A DNA stretch of 63,920 bases, filler included, from Hyphochytrium catenoides (GCA_900088475.1; 6 parts of 6 records of this genome joined end to end with filler, not necessarily neighbours in it), one strand, 5' to 3'; positions 1 to 13,500 are shown, numbered from the whole stretch's first letter. The notes: generated from the sequence alone by a model not told the origin. Made by a program: numbers and translations.

Positions 1-288
1 GGAGAACAGGGCAGTAGAGAGTGAGGCCTTACGTACTTCGTCTCTCTCTCTCTCTCTATGTGTGTGTGTCTCTCTCTCTTTATATGTGTGATTATCTTCT
101 TTTTCTCTCGCTTTGCCTCACCTTCTCTGTCATTTCCCTTCTTGGCCCTTCCTTGTCGCCCCTCTCCCTCTCTGGTTCGACCTTCCCTTCGGTTCTCTCT
201 CTATAACTCTCTCCCAGCTCACTCTCTCTCTCTCTCTCCCTGCTTCCTTCTCCTTGCTTCTTCTCTTCAACGCGATTTCCCATTGTAC

Positions 289-3200
289 CTTTGTGGTGAG
301 CGTCACAATCCTCTGAATAATGGAATCTGCGCCAATTTCGACTTCCTCTTCTGTTTCCTTGAGCTTCTTGGAACCATCACCAGCGCTGGCACCGGTGCCA
401 TCCATCCTGAAGAGGAGAGAGGAGGAGAGAGAGAGACACGGATAGAGAGAGAGCAAGGCGATGAGGGGGACAACGAGATCAATTGAAGAGAGAGAACCGT
501 CGTGTCAAAATTGAGAAGTTATCTGCGCATCCTGATGCATTAAACGTCAGAGACGGGACGCGGAAAGAAGAGAAAGACACACAGACAGAGAAAGAAAGAG
601 GGTCAGAGACAGAGGGGCTCTAGAGAGGGAATTTCAGCAGGGAGGTGGAAAGACTGAGAGTAAAGGAGACATTGACCAAAAACGAGGGAGACAGCTGGGC
701 GAGACAGGTAAAGAGAGACACACAGACACACACACCACACACAAAAAGAGAGAGAGAGAGAATATGAAGCCAGTGTGGCGCCGCTGAATCAAGCATTGTA
801 CCTTACGAAGACCTTGATTTTGAGGTTAAAAGGTCCTCCTTTCTTTCGAGCACGCGAGACAGCCAAGATCTTTCCAAAGGACACCTCTCTTCCTGAGGTG
901 CCCGTGTCTCCTCTCTCCTTTGGTCGTCTGGAGCCTCTCCCTGCTAACTTTGCACTCCGCGATCTGAACTTGATAAAATCTCCTGTTTCATACCTGAGAC
1001 AGAGAGAGACAGAGAGAGAGAAACAGAGAGACAGAGAGAGAAACAGAGAGGGAGAGAAAGACAGAGAGAGAGAGAAACAGAGAGAGTAAAACAGGGAGAG
1101 AGAGAAAGAGAGAGAGAAACAGAGAGAAAGAGAGAGAGAGAGAGAAAGAAAGGGAGAGAAAGAATGGAAAAGAGACAAAAGAAGAGGGAAGCGAGAAAGG
1201 TGATACGGCGTGAGAATAAGAGACAGAAAGAGAGAAGACAGAGTAAGAATGAGATTGCAAGAACATTCAAGAGAACAGGCAAGCGAGCACACCGAGCTCC
1301 AGAAAGTCTAAGAGAGGAAGACAAAGGGCTGAGAAGAAGAGAGAAGTTGGCCCATAGATTTAGCATCATCATCCCCGCAGATAAGTGCTGGAAGAGATCG
1401 TGGGCGGGGAAGACTGTGCGCACCTAACATTTTCTATTGAGCAGCTGTTGATGAGCGTCTGCTGTTCTGTGCTAAGTGTGTAACGAGGGTCATCCGCAGG
1501 AGAAAGCATCCGCTACAGAGACAGAGAGAGAGAGAGAGAGCGTCCTGAGGCCCCTCAACTCTAATCGATCTATCTCTGGCCATCGTTCGGCTCTGCATTT
1601 CTATTATCTCTCTCTCTCTCTCTCTCTCTGGTTCTCGCTCTCTTGCGTTTGCTCTTTCTCTTTTCTTCTGTGTCTCCTCCTCTTATCCGCTTTGTAATCC
1701 TTTTGATTGAGGTTTTTCTCGTTTCTCCTCTCTCTTTTTCTCTGTCTCTCCCTTAGTGTCTCGCCTCCTTCTGTCTCTGTGCCTCTTTCTCTCTCTTTTT
1801 CATGCTCTTTTCTTCACTCTCATTTTCTCATTTTCTTCATCATCTTACCTGCTCCACGATGCACTGATGCACCCAATCCATTGTGACTGTTCGTATCTTC
1901 ATCTCTTCAGCCTCGTGGAGAAGCTGCGCAAACGAGCTCTTGGGAGAGTCTTGCGGAGTCTCCAGCACTAGATAATGCAGGCGATTCACACGGCTAATGG
2001 TCGGAGCAGAGGGAGAGAGCTGGCGGATGTTGACAAGAGAACGGAAGAGAGAGAGAGAGAGAAACAGTTAGCAGTTGGCATCAGAGCCTTTTCCGCGCTG
2101 TCTTTTCCTTTTCTGTCTCTTACCGGCATGACTTTGGCCCCACACAGCAGTAAAACACGTTCAAAAGCTTTCTTCTTCTCTCCCTCAGAGTGCAAAACAG
2201 AGAGCCGCAGTCCGTTGAAAATTGTTACTGGCTGCAAAGAGTAAGATAGTTTAGGGCGATGCAGGCTCAGTCACTGGTGCAAGCCCTTGGAAGGGAAGAG
2301 AGCAGCTTGCAAATAGATGGAGCAGAGAGAGCGCCGAAGAGAGAGCAGTGAGAGAGCCCAAGTGAGAGCGGAGACAGCAGAGAGAGAGAGAGTACCGAAA
2401 CAGGGCAACTAGAGGGAAACAGGAGAAGAAATGCAAACAAAACGCGATGTTCAGGAGATTCTTTGGCTCAGTTCCAGCGTCTAGCCTCCGAGCATCAAGA
2501 ATAGCGGTTCAGGAAAGTAACCCATGGGAAAGGGTAGCGCAAGGAGAGACAGGAAGAAGCAAGGGCTATCAACTCAACCAATGAAGCTGCAAAAGAGAGC
2601 CGAGGGGAACGAAAGCCAAAAGAGAGAGAAAAAGGGAGAGGAAACAGAGAGAGAGAAAAAGAGAGAGAGAGAGAAGCAGTCCTTGCAGGCGAAGAAACAA
2701 GAAGGATAGCATAAGTAACCTGAAACTCTTTTCGGAACACAAACTGCCGGCGAGAGAGAGAAAAGCCCGTCGGCAGAAGATACCTGAGTCCACAACGTAA
2801 CGTATTATAGCGGAGAGAAGACGAAGAAGAGAAAAGGGATCAGGAGTCAGAGAGGATCTAAAGAAAAAGAAGCGGGAAGGATGATGGACAAACATAAAGT
2901 TCAGAATAGGAACCTCAACCTTACATAGAGGGCGATAGAGAAATGAGAGTATAGATTCAGGGCTATATAGAGCTATACATGGCACATTGAAGATGGGACA
3001 AGTAGGAGAGACAGAAAGTGAGAGGAAGAGAAGAGGAGATGTCTTCTATTCCCTGACCTCTCGAACTCGCAGACCTGCCTTCGACGTACAGAGTCCATCA
3101 CCCAGCTCCAGTGCAGAGGAGGAAGGCCAGCCGCCACTCCGACAATATACTTCAGACCACGATAGCGTGTGGGACGCGCAACCAAACATCTGCTCAAGAA

Positions 3201-4084
3201 GAAGAAGACGAGAAGAGCACATGAGGATCACAAGCGAAAACGGTCGAGAGAGGAAGGGCAAAGAAAGAGAGAACAAGACAAGAGCCGCAGAAAAATTGAG
3301 AGAGAGAGATACAGAGAGAATGAGAGAGAGAGAGATGGAGAGACACAGAGAGAGAGAGAAACAGAAGAGAGGTTGACCTTGGAGCATGAAGGGATTGAAG
3401 GAATGACCAGCCATTAGAAGAGAACAACTGGCAGTGGGGGCAATCCCAAGGTTGAGATCTAGAGAAACAGTGAGCGAAAGTGCGCTTTCGGACCTGATGC
3501 GATCGGGGGCAGCGCTAAGAAGCTCGTCGGAGTCAGAGATCAACTTTCCTCCATTCTTCTTGATCTCGCTCTCCAGGTCTGACTTCAGAGGCTTCTAGAA
3601 GAGCATCGAAGGGAGAGATGAGGCGATGGCATGGAGAAGAAGAGATTGGGAGCAGAGAGCAGAAAGCGCCAACTCAGACTGTCGACTAACAAAGAGCTGG
3701 GATTATGGCTAGATATGGAGAACAACTGAGAGAGAAAGATATGGATCATAGGGAAGGAACAGTAGGAAACGGCAATTTAATCGAAAGCTGAAGGTTCAAC
3801 CAATCCATCAAAGGAGTCATTTGAGGCAGAGCCTGATACATTGTCCACAAAAAGAGAAAGAGAGAGATGTGCGGGCTGGCAGCGTACAGACCAGCGTATG
3901 CAGCGCAGGAAAGATAAAGAGACGGGTGGGGAAGGGGAGAGAGAAAGAGAGAAACAATGAAGAAAAAAAAGAAAAGAGAGCGAAGGCTTCGGGTGCTACT
4001 GCCAGAAAGACAGACGGAGCGAGGAAGAGTGGAAAGAGAGCGGGAGCGGGAGCGTGAGAGAAAGAGAGAGCGAGAGAGAGCGAG

Positions 4085-4144
<60 letters not shown>

Positions 4145-7008
4145 TTCACCAGATATAGAGGCGAGGCAGGGTCACATCCTTACATAGTACTCGTCAAAGC
4201 CAGTGATAAGGAAGTCATATTCCTTGAACAGAGACCCACGCGTCCTAACTCCAGGATTGACAGACAAGGAAGATGAGGACATAGGAGAGAGTGAAGGGGA
4301 ATGCAAGAGAGGTGGAGGAGACGAGGAAGAGGTGCCTCTCTTGGCTCTCTTGGCCATAGGAGGGATCAGTACAGCCTCTTCCCCTCTCTCGGATGGAAGA
4401 GAGACAGCTGCAGGAGGGCCTCTCTTCTTTGCTGCAGGACGCGGACTGGATGCTTTGGCCGCCGCCTTTGCTCCTTTCTTTCCCGCTGCTTCCTTCTTTC
4501 CCGCTGCTCCCTTCTTTCCCGCTGCTCCCTTCTTTCCCGCTGCTCCTTTCTTTTCTGGCTGTCGAGAGCTTGTGTCTTTCTCCTTCTCCAGCGGCTCAGT
4601 CAAATGTTCCTCGTCTCTCTTTCCGTCTTGGTCCTCTTCTCTCTTTCCTCTCTTGTGCGCTGCTACGGGTGGCGTTCTGCTTGTCCTTTCTCTTCTATCT
4701 GTCGTGGTTGCTTTGTCTGCGACCAGATCTTCCTCCTTCTCGCTCTCGCTCTCTTCTACGGTCCTACTTTTTCTCTTACTTCTCCTCTCAGGCAACACCT
4801 TTTCTTCTCCTTTTTTCTCGTCTGTTGGCTTTTGCTTGGCCTTTGACGCGGCGGCTCTGGGAGGCGCTTTTGCCTTAGTGACTTCTGACGGGACGGCTGT
4901 CTGTTTGGCTCTGGCCTGTCCCTTTTTGGCGGCTTCTTGTCTATCTGCTCTGCCGGTTCGTCTCATCGTTTTAGGCTCTGTGTCGCTGACGTTTTCTTCC
5001 TCTTGCCTGTGCTTTCTGAAGTCTCTCTCGTCTTCTGTCGGGGCATCATCGTCCGAGAAGTCACTGGGAGAATCTCTAAAAGAGTTAGGCCCGGAGGGAG
5101 AGGAAAGAGAGAGGAAAAAGTTGAAAGAGAGCAGAAGACGGTTTAAGGCTACGAAGAGAGCAGATTCGCTATACTGTTTATCTCTCTCTCTGAAATCGAG
5201 CAACTCTAACAGTCCTCTCATTGGTCATCTCCCTTCCAGTCGGTCCCAGACCACTCTGCTCAGATGGCTAGATGTCTCTCTCTCTCTCTCTCTCTCTTTA
5301 TAGAAGAACCATGGCCATGATGCGTCTCCCTTTCTCTGGGTGTCGAGAAGTCTCATCATCTTCTTTCCCTTCCCCGACTCAATCGACGTCATATACGACA
5401 GCGTCTGTCTCCTTACCAACAAGCGCCTTATCTTCATTACTCCCTCTCTCTCTCTCTCTCTCTCTTTCCTCCCTCTTTTGATGGAGCGCATCATCCAAAA
5501 GGCTGTCGAAGGACTTACTCGTCTCCATCGTCTTCTTTTCTCTCTGCAGATGCATCCTCTTCGTCTGCATTTTCTGAACCTCGGATGGCAGTGAGGGCGA
5601 GAGCGGCCCCGACAGTGTTCTGAGTGCTTTGGCGGCTGAGGAAAGGGCTCTCCTGAGTTTCTCTCTCTCTCTTTCCCCTCTTGGCTCTGGTTGGCGTCTC
5701 TCCTTCTCCGACTCTTTCGGGAGAAGATCGTGAACCTCGGGTCCTCTCCGCTTGCCCAAAAGTCTCTTTTGTGGCTCTTTCCTTCATAGTAGGCGTAGAG
5801 GTCTGCTTTAGCTCTCTCTCGGGGGAGACAGTAGGGGAGAGGACCTTCTCTTCTTTTTCATAAGCTGGCTGCGAGGAAGAAATCTCTTCTCGCTCCTTCT
5901 GAGGAGAAGAAGCTGGAGAAGATGTCTTGTCCTCACCACTGCGGCCGCCAGCTATCAAGCGGGCTAAGGAGGATGCAGAGATAGGAGGTTTCTTGGGGCT
6001 CTTTCTCTCCTTTTCTTCTCTTTCTTCTCTCTCTCTCTTCTCTCTTTCACTTGCAGATGGACTAGAGGGAGAGGGAAGACTTTTGGAGAGAGAAGAGGAT
6101 GGAGGAGGGGCCATTGACCTGCGCACTTGAAGGACTTGAGAGTCTTCTGTGCCTAAGATATCGTCAGAATCATCAAAGAGAGCGAGAGGATCTTGAGAAG
6201 GAGCTCTCTTTTTAGGAGAGAGAAACGTTCTATCTCTCCCTTTCTCTTTCGGTTTCTCTCCTCTTGCCATGGGCTCTGTCCCGCCCATCACTGCCTCTGT
6301 CTCCATGTCATCCAGCGCTGCATCGTCCAGATCCATAGGAGACGGTGGTAACGTATCCTCCGATGTCTTTCTTTCCTTCTCCTCTTTCGCAATTTTCTGT
6401 TTCTCTCCTTCTCTCACTGGTAGTGCCTCTCTTTCCGAATCTTCAACTTTCTCTCCCTCTTTGCCTTCGCTCCTTCTCTCTTCCTGGCCTTGCTCTGCAG
6501 GCATCTTTATAAGTTGGAGAGAGGGGGAGAGAGATTGACTCTCTTTCTTCTGCTCTTGTCTCGTTGTGGCGGAAGAGGGGAGAGGAGACGATCGAGAGGG
6601 AGAAGGCAGACGAGGAGGAGGAGAATGACTTTTGAAGAGAGGTGGAGACGGAGAATCATCTTCCTCTTCTTCTTCTTCCTCCCTAGGAACCTCTTTCGAA
6701 GCTTCTCTCTTCTCTTTCCTCTCTCTCTCCTCCTTCAGTTCTTCTCTCTCTTTCTCTCTCTCTTCTTCTCTCTCCTCGATATCCTCTGGTGGAGGGGAAG
6801 AGAGGAGGACTGTCTCCTGTGTGGGCTGGGTCTCGGACATATGGAGCCATTCTTTATCGTCGTGATCTACCGGGAGGCGAGAGAGAGAAGTGGAAGAGAG
6901 AGGACGGGGAGGGAAGAAAGGAGAGGAATGGCCTGGCTCTCCCCCTTCCTGTGTCTCTGAGAGACGGAGCCATTCGCTTCCTCCGTGGTCCTCCTCAAGC
7001 TCCGCCAT
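289..7008 (-). CDS. 53BP1/Crb2/Rad9-type DNA-damage mediator: long disordered SQ/TQ-containing N-terminus, tandem BRCT domains, C-terminal BAH-like domain; 3' end runs off the window start
   Basis: Ten phase-consistent GT-AG exons: 7008-5519, 5075-4184, 3594-3494, 3189-3058, 2783-2720, 2231-2124, 2019-1849, 1512-1424, 993-802, 406-289. Spliced product has BRCT1 (LFKEYDFLITG...IKKNGG...CLVARPTRYRGLKYIVGVAAGLPPLHWSWVMDS), the 53BP1-like linker YLLPTGFS, BRCT2 (IFNGLRL...VLLLCGA...TVTMDWVHQCI), then SCSIENVRYETGDFIKF...GKILAV...IKVFVR...EVEIGADSIIQRIVTL (BAH pattern). Confidence 0.8.
4475..4552 (-). repeat. 18-bp coding tandem repeat encoding (AAGKKG/E) about 4 times inside the BRCT protein
   Basis: cccgctgctcccttcttt units on the + strand; protein reads KKGAAGKKGAAGKKGAAGKKEAAGKKG. 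Confidence 0.85.
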
Positions 7009-7467
7009 TCTGCTATTGTTAGAGGAGAGAGAGAGGTTTTCTTTTTCCTTTCTCTCTTCGCATCACTTGCTTATTGACTCTTCTCTCTCTCTTGCCTCCT
7101 CGCGCTTTCCTCTTTGCCTTCTTCCTGAAGTCCGCAACCTAACACCATCCTAGATCTCTCTCTCTCTCTCTCTCTCCTTCTTTTGCTCGCTCTCTCTCTC
7201 TCTCTCCCTGTGCAGTTAGTACGGAAGGAGAAGGCTGGGAGAGAAGATAGGTCGAAACAATGGGAAATGGACCCGCGAGCTATGTTCGAAGCCAAAGGTA
7301 ACACCGCCTCCTGGCTGATGGAGCTGCCGGATGTTATAGAACCTTACTGCCATCAAAGTATCTCTATTGCCCAGTAGAGAGAGGAAAGAGGAGCAAGACA
7401 GAGACAGACAGAGAAAGAAAGGCAGAGAGAGAGAGCTAGGGAGACGAGAGAGAGGGAGAGAGAGAGG

Positions 7468-7498
<31 letters not shown>

Positions 7499-8177
7499 TT
7501 GCAGAGAGAAAGTGAGAGTGGAAAAGACAAAGACAGAGCTACGTAAGAAGGGAAAAGAGAGAGGTAGAGATAGAAAAGAGAGAGAAGGACAAAGAGAGAA
7601 CGAGAACGAAGAGAGAGATAGAGAAAGAGAGAGATGAAGAGAAGACAGAGGGAGGAGAGAGAGGGGCAAGAGAAAGAGTTGAGGGAGACAGAGATGAAGA
7701 ACAGCAAAATTGCCAAATACACAAAGATTTAATTCCATCAATCCTTTCCGTTAACCGCTACCAAACGCTAATTCGACCACATTCATTCTTATTTTTGCGA
7801 TGAGAGATAAATTCGGTAGACGTTCAGTTTACGGAAGGTATTGACGACCTTTATTTTATTGCTATGCCAAGATCCGGAGAGAGAAACGTAATTCTCGGCA
7901 AACTAGCTGCAAGCTACCTACCATTTGGTTCTTCCTTCCTCTCCTCTGTGGGTCGCAGATTATTGTGGAAGAAAGGAAGTGCTGCTGCTGCTGCTTCTCC
8001 GTCGGTCGTGGTCCTACAAGGCCAAAGTATCATCTCCTTTGTCATTGTTCAACTGATCCAATGATGACTCTGAAGAGCGTTGCCCCCGTGCTTTATAAGT
8101 AGGGCAATGATCTCTGGCTGTTTGATCGACGATGAGGGACAGAGCACACCTTCTTGGGGAGCAGCAGAAGGTCTACT

Positions 8178-9092
8178 GTCATCAAGATCCGCTGGTGCGG
8201 CATCTGCCATTCTGACGTCCATCAAGGAGACTGGGGCCCAGCAAACCAGTATCCCTTGGTCCCTGGGCACGAGATCGTCGGCATCGTTGAGGAGATAGGC
8301 CCCAAGGTAACCCGATTCTCAGTCGGAGAGGGTAGGCATCGGCTGTATGGTCGACTGTTGCCGGAAATGTGAAGATTGTAAGGCGAAGGAGGAGTGCTAC
8401 TGCACTGGCGGCCAGATCCTCACCTACAATTCTGTGGGCAAGTACCGTCAGCCAACGCAGGGAGGATACTCTAACGTGATCGTGGTCGTTGAGGACCTTT
8501 TACTGAGGATCCCAGATGATATTGACTTTGCCGCTGCAGCGCCGCTTCTGTGCGCAGGGGTCACGACGTACTCTTACGTTGCGGAAATGGAACGTGAAGG
8601 CTGGCTCCAAGGTCGGTGTGGCTGGGCTTAGAGGGCTTGGCCACATGGGGCGCAGAGGTAACTGTCATCAGCACGAGTGAGAAGAAGCGGAAGGACGCCG
8701 AGCGGCTTGGCGCCGCGAACTTCCTGCTGTTTTCAGAAAGATCGAAGCGTAGCAACAACTTTGACCTCATTCTTGACACGATCTCAGCGCAGCACGACGT
8801 CAATGAGTACGCCGCGCTGCTTGCTAGAGACGGTGTTCTTTGCTTGCTAGGCGCTCCAGCGCATCCCCTGCAATTTTACGCTTTTACCCTTCTCTTCCGT
8901 CGGCACCCGATTGCCGGTTCTCTCATTGTCAGCATCCAACAAACGCACGAGATGCTAGATTTCTGCGGCAAGCATGGGATTGCCTGTGACATTGAGGTGG
9001 TGGATCCGAAGGAAGTGAATACAGCTTGGGATCGGCTACTGAAGAACGATGTCAAGTACAGGTTTGTGCTGGATATGAGCAAACTAAAGTGA
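8178..9092 (+). pseudogene. Zn-dependent NADP(H) alcohol dehydrogenase, cinnamyl alcohol dehydrogenase/YahK/AdhC family; intronless pseudogene
   Basis: Motifs CGICHSD, YPLVPGHEIVG, structural-Zn cysteines (DCCRKCEDC...C), TQGGYS, APLLCAGVTTYS and C-terminal DVKYRFVLD are spread over several frames. Frameshifts lie near 8330, 8577 and 8648, the N-terminal ~30 aa are missing, and the Rossmann motif reads GLRGLG. Confidence 0.88.
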
Positions 9093-9648
9093 CTGCTTGA
9101 GGCAGTAGAGGGAAAGCAGTAGGCCTCCTCACTGCAAGCAAGGAGCCCTGCCTTCTTCAGCAGCAAGCCTGCCGACCCACCAACAGAGAGAAGAGTAACC
9201 TATGCCCATAGTTCTAAAGGGTAGATGCAGACAAGAAGCGAGCAAAAAGAGAGGACAGCCAGACCTAGTAGACGATGTCCCAAGCCTATGCATGGCAATA
9301 GGGGAGCTAGGGAATATTAGGGAAGAAGGAAGGTAGAAAGACAGGCCAGAGCCAAGAAGGAATAAAGAGGCATGAGAGATGTGTCTTGGTTTAACATGCT
9401 TCCTGAGTCCTTGCCATGACGATGCGCTGCTCGATTGAAAGCAAGAGGCAGAGAGACTTCTGATATGCTGTCAGTCGTCTTTCACGAAAGACAAAGGAGT
9501 ATACGTTGTCTTGCCAAGAGACAGAGATAGTCATACAACCGCAATGAAAAGCTTCATTTATGAATAAATATTTAGAGACAGAGAGAATAAATAAAGCAAT
9601 AAATACTGCCTGAAAGAGAGCTTCCTCTCTCTGAGAGAAGACAGAACA

Positions 9649-10595
9649 CTATGATGAGACAGCGTGAAGGAGAACGGCGACTACTACTGTGAAAAGGGAC
9701 AAGACATAGTGTGGTCCAGAAAGGACGCTGGATGAGACAAATGGCGGCGGCGACGCCTGGCCAGGCATGAAGGGAGAGACATCCTGTGGCCGGTTGTCGG
9801 GAGATATAGGGAGACTTTCCCCTGCTTGAGATTGAATAGAAGGAGAAGTGGAAGGTTCTGAGGTCCCTTCGACTCTTGGTCCTGAAGTAGATGAGGGTGA
9901 TGCCTCTGTCGTCGTCTCGACAGCAACAGGTGTGACGGTAGGTGATGGAGAAGGCCCCGGGGCAGCGGTAGCAGATGACGAAGAGGTAGAAGGCTGGACA
10001 GATGGCTCTTTTGTCTCGTCTACCTTCCCAGAAGAAGACCAGGAGCCTCCAGAAATAAGAGACGATGGAGTGATACCGTCAGAGGAGACAGAGAAGGTCT
10101 TTCCAGCGGCGTCCGTGGCATGTAGAGTGAACTTGCCCTTGATATCCAGCCCACTGGCCAAGTAATAATTCAATCCACCAGCGCCAAAGGGCATCTCCAT
10201 AGTCCTGCCAGCTGGATATTCCATNNNNNNNNNNNNNNNNNNNNATGGGAGCTTGTGGCTCTCGTGAAAAGGTCATCCGCCAAATCCAGGTCGTGCTCTC
10301 CGCACTCTGGACATCGGTTGGTTATCATGCCAATGACAGACCTGGACCCATGTGATATCCGCACGCACCGACCGCACAGTTGCTGCATTCCCATCTTGTC
10401 CCATAGGACCTGGTTGATTGCTACGAAGCTCTTCTTTGCCTCTGCTGGGAGCTCCTTATACAAGCAAGCCCCACCCTGCCAGCCATCGCCATACGCAGTC
10501 AGCTCTCCGCTATATGACTCTCCAGCAAAGACAGCTGTGATACTCGCAGTAGCCACTAGGAGAACAACTAAGGTTGGCAGAGCTGGAGACATCAT
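9649..10595 (-). CDS. Expansin-like protein A (signal peptide, DPBB, CBM63, S/T/P stalk, GPI-like C-terminus); interrupted by an undersized assembly gap
   Basis: MMSPALPTLVVLLVATASITAVFA signal; TAYGDGWQGGAC, VAIN, CGRCVRI, TNRCPEC..DLDL before the gap at 10225-10244; EYPAG..LNYYLASG..GKFTLHATDAAG after it; hydrophobic tail YVLSLFTVVVAVLLHAVSS. The frame change across the N-run is explained by wrong gap length. Confidence 0.88.
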
Positions 10596-13500
10596 GATTG
10601 CCCTTCTTCTAGTGGTCACGTCAACAGCGAGGTTTGTTCTGTTGGTTTGATAGAGGAACGGGAAGCCTCTCGAGGGTATGGAAATTTGGATAATCATTGG
10701 CTGTTGAGCTGGTCGGCGGCGGCACTGCCTGGAAGAGGACAGCATCACCTAGTGCCTTTCTCTCATCAGCAGGTGCCCTCTCGTCTTCTTATCTCTTGAC
10801 ATCCATTGCCAACTCTATTGTCTGGCCTTGATGACAAGCTACCACCTCGCGCGCGCTCTTTGTCTCTCTATCCCATTGTGTCTCTACATAGACTCAAGCA
10901 CTCTGTCTTCTAAATCTGGGGCCTCTCTGACTCGTACTCTGTCTGGTGTTCCCCTATAGTATTTCTCCTTTATTTGAAGGGCCAAAAGCTTGGACATCAT
11001 CTGAGAGGCGCCAGTGGCAGCGCCATCTCTGGCTTTTCAGTGAGCTGGTCAACAGCATCAGTTTGTACATAAAATGTAGGGAGTAACGCCTCGAACGCGG
11101 AGTTGCGAGACAGAGCGATAGTGATAGCGCCACTAATAACACTGTCAAATGATGTTGAAGAGAGGCATGCCACGTTGGGCACTCCTAATCATGGTAGGAA
11201 GGTACGACAGCGTTACTACAACTACGAATAGGGTACTACAAACGAAAATAACCTGCCAAAAAAAAGCTAGCTATTTATACGGTAGGGCGATCATTCTGAC
11301 CCTACCCGCTTTATCTTCGGTTACGATTTCGATGTAAGCCCGGAATATTCGGTGAACCTGGGTTAACATTAGTCACTGAAAGGCCTACGAACTGGGTAGA
11401 CATCCACTACTTTCGCGATTATGTGCTCCTAGCGTCCCGTTTTCGAACGGGTTGTCACGACAGAACCCAAACAGCCTGGCCGTTGAACTGGTTCTACCGA
11501 TAGAAATGACGGCCATTGAGTTGTCATAAGCACGCCCGCTCGCACGCCAGAAATCGCGTCCTCTCATTGGCTGGATCTTTGTCGGTTCGGATGATGGTCC
11601 GTCCAAAACCTAAACGGCCATAGAGTCGTCACACTAGATTTAGAACATGATAACATCACCTTGTACCGTTACTGTACAAACAAACATCTGTAGGACATCC
11701 AAGGACCGCTTGCCAATCAAGAAATACGAACAGATTTATTGATTTCTATTATTACTCATAAAAAAAAATTATACTCCCATTAAACATGTAGACCCTGGCA
11801 TTTTGTAAAACGTTTCTTGCCAGCAAGGTTGTCAGTCATCCTGGTTCTTTCTTTTTATAAATTATGGAGCTTATTTATCAGAGTGCCCATATGACTACTA
11901 CTTTATTACGGAACATGTATTTTTTTACTTGTACAACATGCTGGCGTTTTGTAACTTGGAATAATATTGTAGAAAAAATTAAACCTCCGTTCCCTCTCAT
12001 TCTCTGGATCTTTCCTGTCAGAAGTCAGAACTTGAACGAAACTACTACAACTACTGTACCGTACAAGGAGTGTTCTTTTCCTCATTTTTGCATCCTCGAG
12101 TAGTAAGCCTTACTAGTAGCGAGCACAAAGGGACTCTAGGGTACAACTGCATGGCATAAATAAAAAAACATAAAACACCAAGGAAAAGTGTCAAGTGACT
12201 AAGTTACAATGAGAGAGAGAGAGAGAGACAAGAAAAAAAGACAAGGAGGCAGAGAGACACTAGAGAGACACGGCGCAGAGAGAGAGGCAGAGAGAGAGAA
12301 ACAGAGGGAGAGAGATAAGAGAGAGACGAGAGAGAGCACTTTCTTCTTTGAGTACTTCTTTTTTCGTCTTCTTCTTCTCTTTTTCTTCTTCTTCTCCTTT
12401 GTCTCCTCCCTTCTTGCTCTTCTTCTACTTCCGAGCGTAGTCTCTTCTTCCTCTTCCTCTTCTTCTTCAACGTAGTAGTAGTAGTACTAGCTATTGCATT
12501 TCTATAGATCTTAAGAATCATGATCAAAGTTTTCTCATTTCTTGGGGAAGGGCCGCCGTTCATTATGGACTGGAGGTAGAGCATTATCATCGGGGAGAAG
12601 AGGAAGAGGAATTGCTTCTTCTGCCGACCACCAACGTTCTGACGATCAACTGGCAACAAAGAGGATAATCGACGCGTTTTTTCCTTTCTTGTCAATGTCT
12701 GCTTGCCTGCTGCGACACTATCAGTATGTAGGATCGATTGGTCTCTAGCATTATTAAAAGTATTATCACCACTATATTCCATAGAATGTATCTACTAATG
12801 CTTCTTGTCGCCAAATGGAGTTCAAGAAGAGAGGTAGCTATTGGGCCGCTCCTCCTCCTCCTGCTGCTGCTGTTCATCCTCGTCTTCCATCGTCAGGAAA
12901 TAAAATGGCAGCTGCTGAGTTAAGAAACAGTAGCCAGAAAGAAGAGGTCTAGGGAAAGGAGTTAGCGTAACGCCAGTGTCGGTCTCTTTAGCTAGACTTC
13001 TTGATGGTCGATGAGTTGGGCATGGAGCCTTCTCAACGAAAGCAGCAATCTCTCAGTGTGCTTCCCATCAGTCCTCCTAGGAAGAAGAAGCATTTAGACA
13101 CCACAGTGTAAACAGTATCGCCCAAGAAGTAGTCGGCCGTAGTCGTAAGCACGCCATCAGAAGAGGAAGGACAACAGACATGAAGGGCAAACAGCCGTCG
13201 GACTCAGGAGATAGTTAGTTGTTGAGCTGGTGAACTCTAACAAATAAGAAGAAGAATACTATCCAGCGCCACCCTTTTCATACCGCTGATTGATGGGCTT
13301 CAGCTGTCAACGTTAAGCAACAAGAAGACCAACAACGGCTTTGATGAGAAGAACGGTAATAAGCTAGATAGGTCCCCTCTCCATGCCTTACGTTTGACAA
13401 TCAACATCCTCAAAGCGTCAAGCAGAAGAACGACAGCTAACCAAGAGGACGGCGGCTTCAAGGGCTTATTAAGAGAAATCCACACCTTTAAGCCTTACTC

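Noticed and set aside
4203-5303. 366-aa + strand ORF
   Set aside because: Antisense shadow of the BRCT-protein exon.
10225-10244. Frameshift in expansin A
   Set aside because: The frame change falls in an N gap of arbitrary length.
11700-11960. Possible DNA-transposase Cys-rich tail
   Set aside because: No consistent frame, catalytic motif or terminal inverted repeats found.
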